Source of the DNA: an archaeon
Lineage (GTDB): Archaea; Iainarchaeota; Iainarchaeia; Iainarchaeales; 1-14-0-10-31-34
Reading direction: 5' to 3'
DNA: 32,000 nt
Assembly: GCA_024277355.1 (NCBI GenBank)
Contig: JAJRVL010000009.1
Coordinates: forward strand, 1-32,000
Shown: one piece after another, positions 28,455-32,000 of the stretch
How positions within the stretch are numbered: position 1 is the stretch's first letter
Layout of the letters: each line of letters opens with the position of its first letter
Notes under the pieces: generated by a model
The model's database searches: none
Seen by the model: only the letters and a program-made list of their open reading frames with translations
What the model was told of the DNA's origin: nothing
Position numbers and translations under genes: made by a program

Positions 28455-31432
28455 AACTCAAGTTTTTAGTAGCAGTCAACTTAATATGTCGCCGTAGCTT
28501 CATACTTACATTTCTGCCCTATCAATCCAGTGTTCTACTGGTACTCTTGTCCTTATTCCTTATATTCCGCAGAATACAAGTAGTCAGGAATGATTGACTC
28601 TTTTTAGGGACCGCTTCAAGCTTAGATGCTTTCAGCTTTTATCGGTTCCGGCGTGGCTACCCAGCAACTGCCTTGTCAGACAACTGGTACACTAGAGGCC
28701 AGGACTCCACGTTCCTCTCGTACTTATGGAATCTTCCCCTCAGTCAATCGACATGTCCGATAGATAGGATCCAAACTGGCTCGCACCGTTCTTAACCCAA
28801 CTAACGTAAGGCTTTAATGAGTTAACACCTCCACCCTTGGCAGCTTATGCACTGCCAGGATGCCTTGAGACGACGGCGAGGTCGCAAACCGCGGGGTCGA
28901 TATGAGCTCTTGCCCGCGACCACTCAATTACCCCCAAGATAAGTTCACTGTTAGACTAGGCCCCCATTAAAAGGGACACTAGCGTTCGCTAGACACATCT
29001 TTCGATTCGGCTTTACTTGCTGTGCGTAAAACCGTCAAGCATGCTTTTGGTCTTGTCCTCTAAGGAGAATTTCTGACTCTCCTGAGCATACCTTTGGACA
29101 CCCCTGATATCTTTTCAGGGGTGTACCGCCCCAGTCCAACTACCCGTCTAAAGCTGTCCTCTTTCGAGTGAGCAATATGCTTTTTTAAGGATGGTGTTCC
29201 ATTGTTGTCTCCACAATTCCTGACGAAACTGCTTCGAAGACTACCATCTACACTGGACGTAAAAAACCATATTACAACATCAGATTGTAGTAAACCTCTG
29301 TGGGGTCTTCTCTTCCCATCGGACATTCGAGGTATATTCACCTCGCAATGAGTTCATTGGGCCCAAATTAGGGACAGTGGGAATCTCGTTACTTCATTGG
29401 TGCAAGCCGGCATTAAACCGGCAAGGTATTACGCTACCGTGAGAGCCTCAGAGTTAGGCCCGCTCTTCACCAGAGCTTAGCTCCATTGAACTGAAGTTTA
29501 ACTTACTGGCAGTGAGCAGAAGTCAGCCTCTATACACACCATTGCTGGCTTGCAGAGACCTGTGTTTTTGTTAAACAGTCGGACTCCCTTTGTCATTGAA
29601 ACCTGCAATTTACTTAATCGCAGGCACCCCTTATACCGAAGATACAGGGCTATTTTGCCGAATTCCCTTAATTTGGTTTCCCCAAGACGCCTAGGCCTTT
29701 TCAGCCAGGGGCACTTTTCCTAGTTCTTGGTACGGTTACATAAAATCCATTCTGATTTCCTTTTTATGAAACCCAGGCCTCAATTGAAAATTGCTTCTAT
29801 TCCTGAATTTAATCTGCTTCTCATCATTACAATTCTCCACAGATTTATTTCAGTTAAATGCACAGACAAGTGCATTCAATCTAGCCCAAGCTGTTAGAAA
29901 TCAGACTATCGTTGCCGTGAGTATTTATGTAGTACAGGAATATGAACCTGTTTCCCTTTCGTCCACGTCGTGTTACGAGTGGCCTTAGGACCGACTAACC
30001 CTTAGCTAATGATTAGCGCTAAGGAACCCTTGCCCTTTCGGCGGAAAGAATTCTCATCTTTCTATTGTTATTACTAGCGCGAGGATCCATATTCGCGACA
30101 GATCCACAAGAAATTTCTCTCTTGCTTCTGCTCTATCGTGACACCTCCCTACTCCATTTGTTTTCTATTGAAAACAAGGCTATGGTATCGGCAGCTGGTT
30201 TTAGCCCAGTGAATTTTCAAGACCTTTATTCTAGGTAGGTGAGCTGTTACGCACTCTTTAAAGGATGGCTGCTTCTAAGCAAACCTCCCTACTGTATTAG
30301 AACAAAGATACTTTTCGTGTTTACACTTAACCAGCATTTTTGGGCCTTAACCACAGTTTAGGTTGTTCCCTTCTTGGAACAAGGGCTTACCCCTTGCCCC
30401 CTACTCTAACCTTCTACGACGATTATAGATTTGGAGTTTAACGAAAAAGCTGGAAGTTTCCGACCAGTACTTTCTAATTAGTATCTCGACACCATAATCT
30501 ATCTCCAGTTAGGCTAGCCTTAGGGCTAATTCGAGAGGAGCCCGCTATGGCCATGTTCGATTGGCATTTAACTCCTACTCCCAGGTCACCAAAGTAGATA
30601 GACTAACACTTGTTGCGGACCTCCACCATTTTGTAAAACGGCTTCATCCTGCCCAGGAGTAACTCACATGGCTTCGGGTCTTACCGTTGTGACTAAAGCA
30701 GTTTAATACTTTCAGCCTGATTCTAAAAGAACTGCGCTGACTCGCTTTCGCTGCGGTTTCAAAGTGAAAACTTCTTAACCTTGCCACAAAGGCAACCTCC
30801 CCCGCTCGTGATTCAAGACGAACGATATGACACTGATCAAATTCTTTCGTAATTATTTCTCAATAACTTCCTTCAAGAATTCTCTTTTCTTTAATGCCAT
30901 ATCTTGCTATAACCAGTTAGTTTCAAGCGCTTTTAACTCCCTGTTAAGGGTACTTTTCAACTTTCCCTCGCGGTACTAGTATGCTATCGGACTTGAGTAG
31001 TATTTAGTGTTAGGAGTTAATGTCTCCCGTATTCACGCGCAAAAACCAATGCACGCTACTCTTAACACGAAAAATTATCCTTTTGAATTTTTTGTTTACA
31101 AGGCTTTCACTCTCTTTGGCGCTGCTTTCCAGCAGACTTCAACTAAATTTAAAGGATATAAATCGCTCTACACCACATCTCCCTTAAATTACTTTAAGGG
31201 ATTCAGTTTGCTCTCTTCTGTCTTCGGTCGACCCTAATAACAGAATCATATTCATTTTCTTTTCCTTCAGGTACTAAGATGCTTCAATTCCCTGAGTTGC
31301 CCTTCCTTTCGGAATAATTCAGAAATCCCTGGCTCAAAGATTGCATTGCATCTCACCAAGGCTTATCGCAGCTTGCCACGTCCTTCATCAGCTCTCAAGC
31401 CTAGTTATCCACTAACTGGCGTAATGAACTCT
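28455..31432 (-). rRNA. 23S ribosomal RNA (boundaries approximate)
   Basis: Minus strand contains GTGGATAACTAGGC...GATGAAGGACGTGGCAAGCTGCGATAAGCC near the 5' end and AGTACGAGAGGAAC (sarcin-ricin loop) near the 3' end. ORFs inside it are spurious. Confidence 0.95.
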
Positions 31433-31464
31433 TTAATTTGATAGGTTTGCCAATGCATCAACCG

Positions 31465-31496
31465 TAAACGTTTCGCCGTTTAAGCACGATGCACGA
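31465..31496 (-). repeat. 32-bp direct repeat upstream of 23S
   Basis: TAAACGTTTCGCCGTTTAAGCACGATGCACGA, identical to 31862-31893. Confidence 0.9.
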
Positions 31497-31787
31497 TTTC
31501 GCTTGCGCTCAATCCTGCTGCCTTAACAGCAAAAGTTTCTAACGATTGCTTCCCAAAGGAAAAAAACTTCCCAGGTGCATTCATCTGTTGTGAAAATAAT
31601 AAATTGATGAATATAATTTTTGTGATAATTTTTTTTTATGCTTAATACTTTTATTTTATTTTTTTAAATTTTTTTCTTGTTTATTTTCCAAACTATTTTT
31701 TTTATTTTTTGATACAACTTTTTCTAAAAGTTGTTTTTGATCAAACTTTTTTTTGTTTTTGATAAACCTTTTTTCTAAAAAGGTTTA

Positions 31788-31861
31788 TGGACTCAACGGG
31801 ATTCGAACCCGTGGCCTCCTCGTTGCAAACGAGGCGCTCTACCAAGCTGAGCTATGAGCCC
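31788..31861 (-). tRNA. tRNA-Ala(TGC)
   Basis: Minus strand GGGCTCATAGCTCAG...CCTCG-TTTGCAA-CGAGG...GGTTCGAATCC...TGAGTCCA. Location between a presumed 16S and 23S is typical of archaeal operons. Confidence 0.95.
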
Positions 31862-31893
31862 TAAACGTTTCGCCGTTTAAGCACGATGCACGA
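31862..31893 (-). repeat. 32-bp direct repeat abutting the 5' end of tRNA-Ala
   Basis: Exact copy of 31465-31496. Confidence 0.9.
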
Positions 31894-32000
31894 CTTTCAG
31901 TCGAGCTTGCTCCGCAACAGCTGTCGCGCTCAGCTGGCATGCGTGCAATATCTTTGCTTTTGCTCGATATAGCATCATTCAGCTTAAATCTTGAGTAAAT

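Noticed and set aside
28320-28455. 5S rRNA downstream of 23S
   Set aside because: The downstream region forms two short hairpins but lacks recognisable 5S sequence.
28455-31432. ORFs 29060..29341, 29791..29988 and 31007..31237
   Set aside because: All lie within the 23S rRNA gene and show no protein-like signature.
1-32000. CRISPR array
   Set aside because: The dispersed hairpins are palindromic, irregularly spaced and lack spacer periodicity; no cas-like genes seen.

Overview
The window is an AT-rich archaeal chromosome segment. The archaeal assignment rests on archaeal-type AlaRS, a BHB-type tRNA intron, a SpeD/deoxyhypusine synthase gene, RNase P RNA, and a 23S rRNA preceded by tRNA-Ala. 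A DPANN-like lineage is only an inference. It carries arginine biosynthesis genes (argG, argH, argF), argS, alaS, a long RelA/SpoT homolog, nadA, an agmatinase next to a SpeD-deoxyhypusine synthase fusion, a ferritin-like/VIT1 protein, an ABC exporter pair, five tRNAs, RNase P RNA and most of an rRNA operon. The most interesting signal is a dispersed family of short AT-rich hairpin repeats (consensus near GTTTTTGATnAAAC(C)TTTTTT..AAAAA(G)GTTT). They sit beside tRNAs, inside a 115-nt tRNA-Arg intron, inside RNase P RNA, and between duplicated 3' ends of tRNA-Leu and alaS. A second, GC-richer family of paired hairpins follows several stable RNA genes. Other points: the SpeD-DHS fusion has an in-frame TGA upstream of the catalytic lysine motif, argS and a methyltransferase-like gene have apparent -1 frameshifts at poly-A tracts, and a potassium-channel-like ORF absent from the supplied track has no standard start codon. 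No CRISPR array or obvious defense island was seen.
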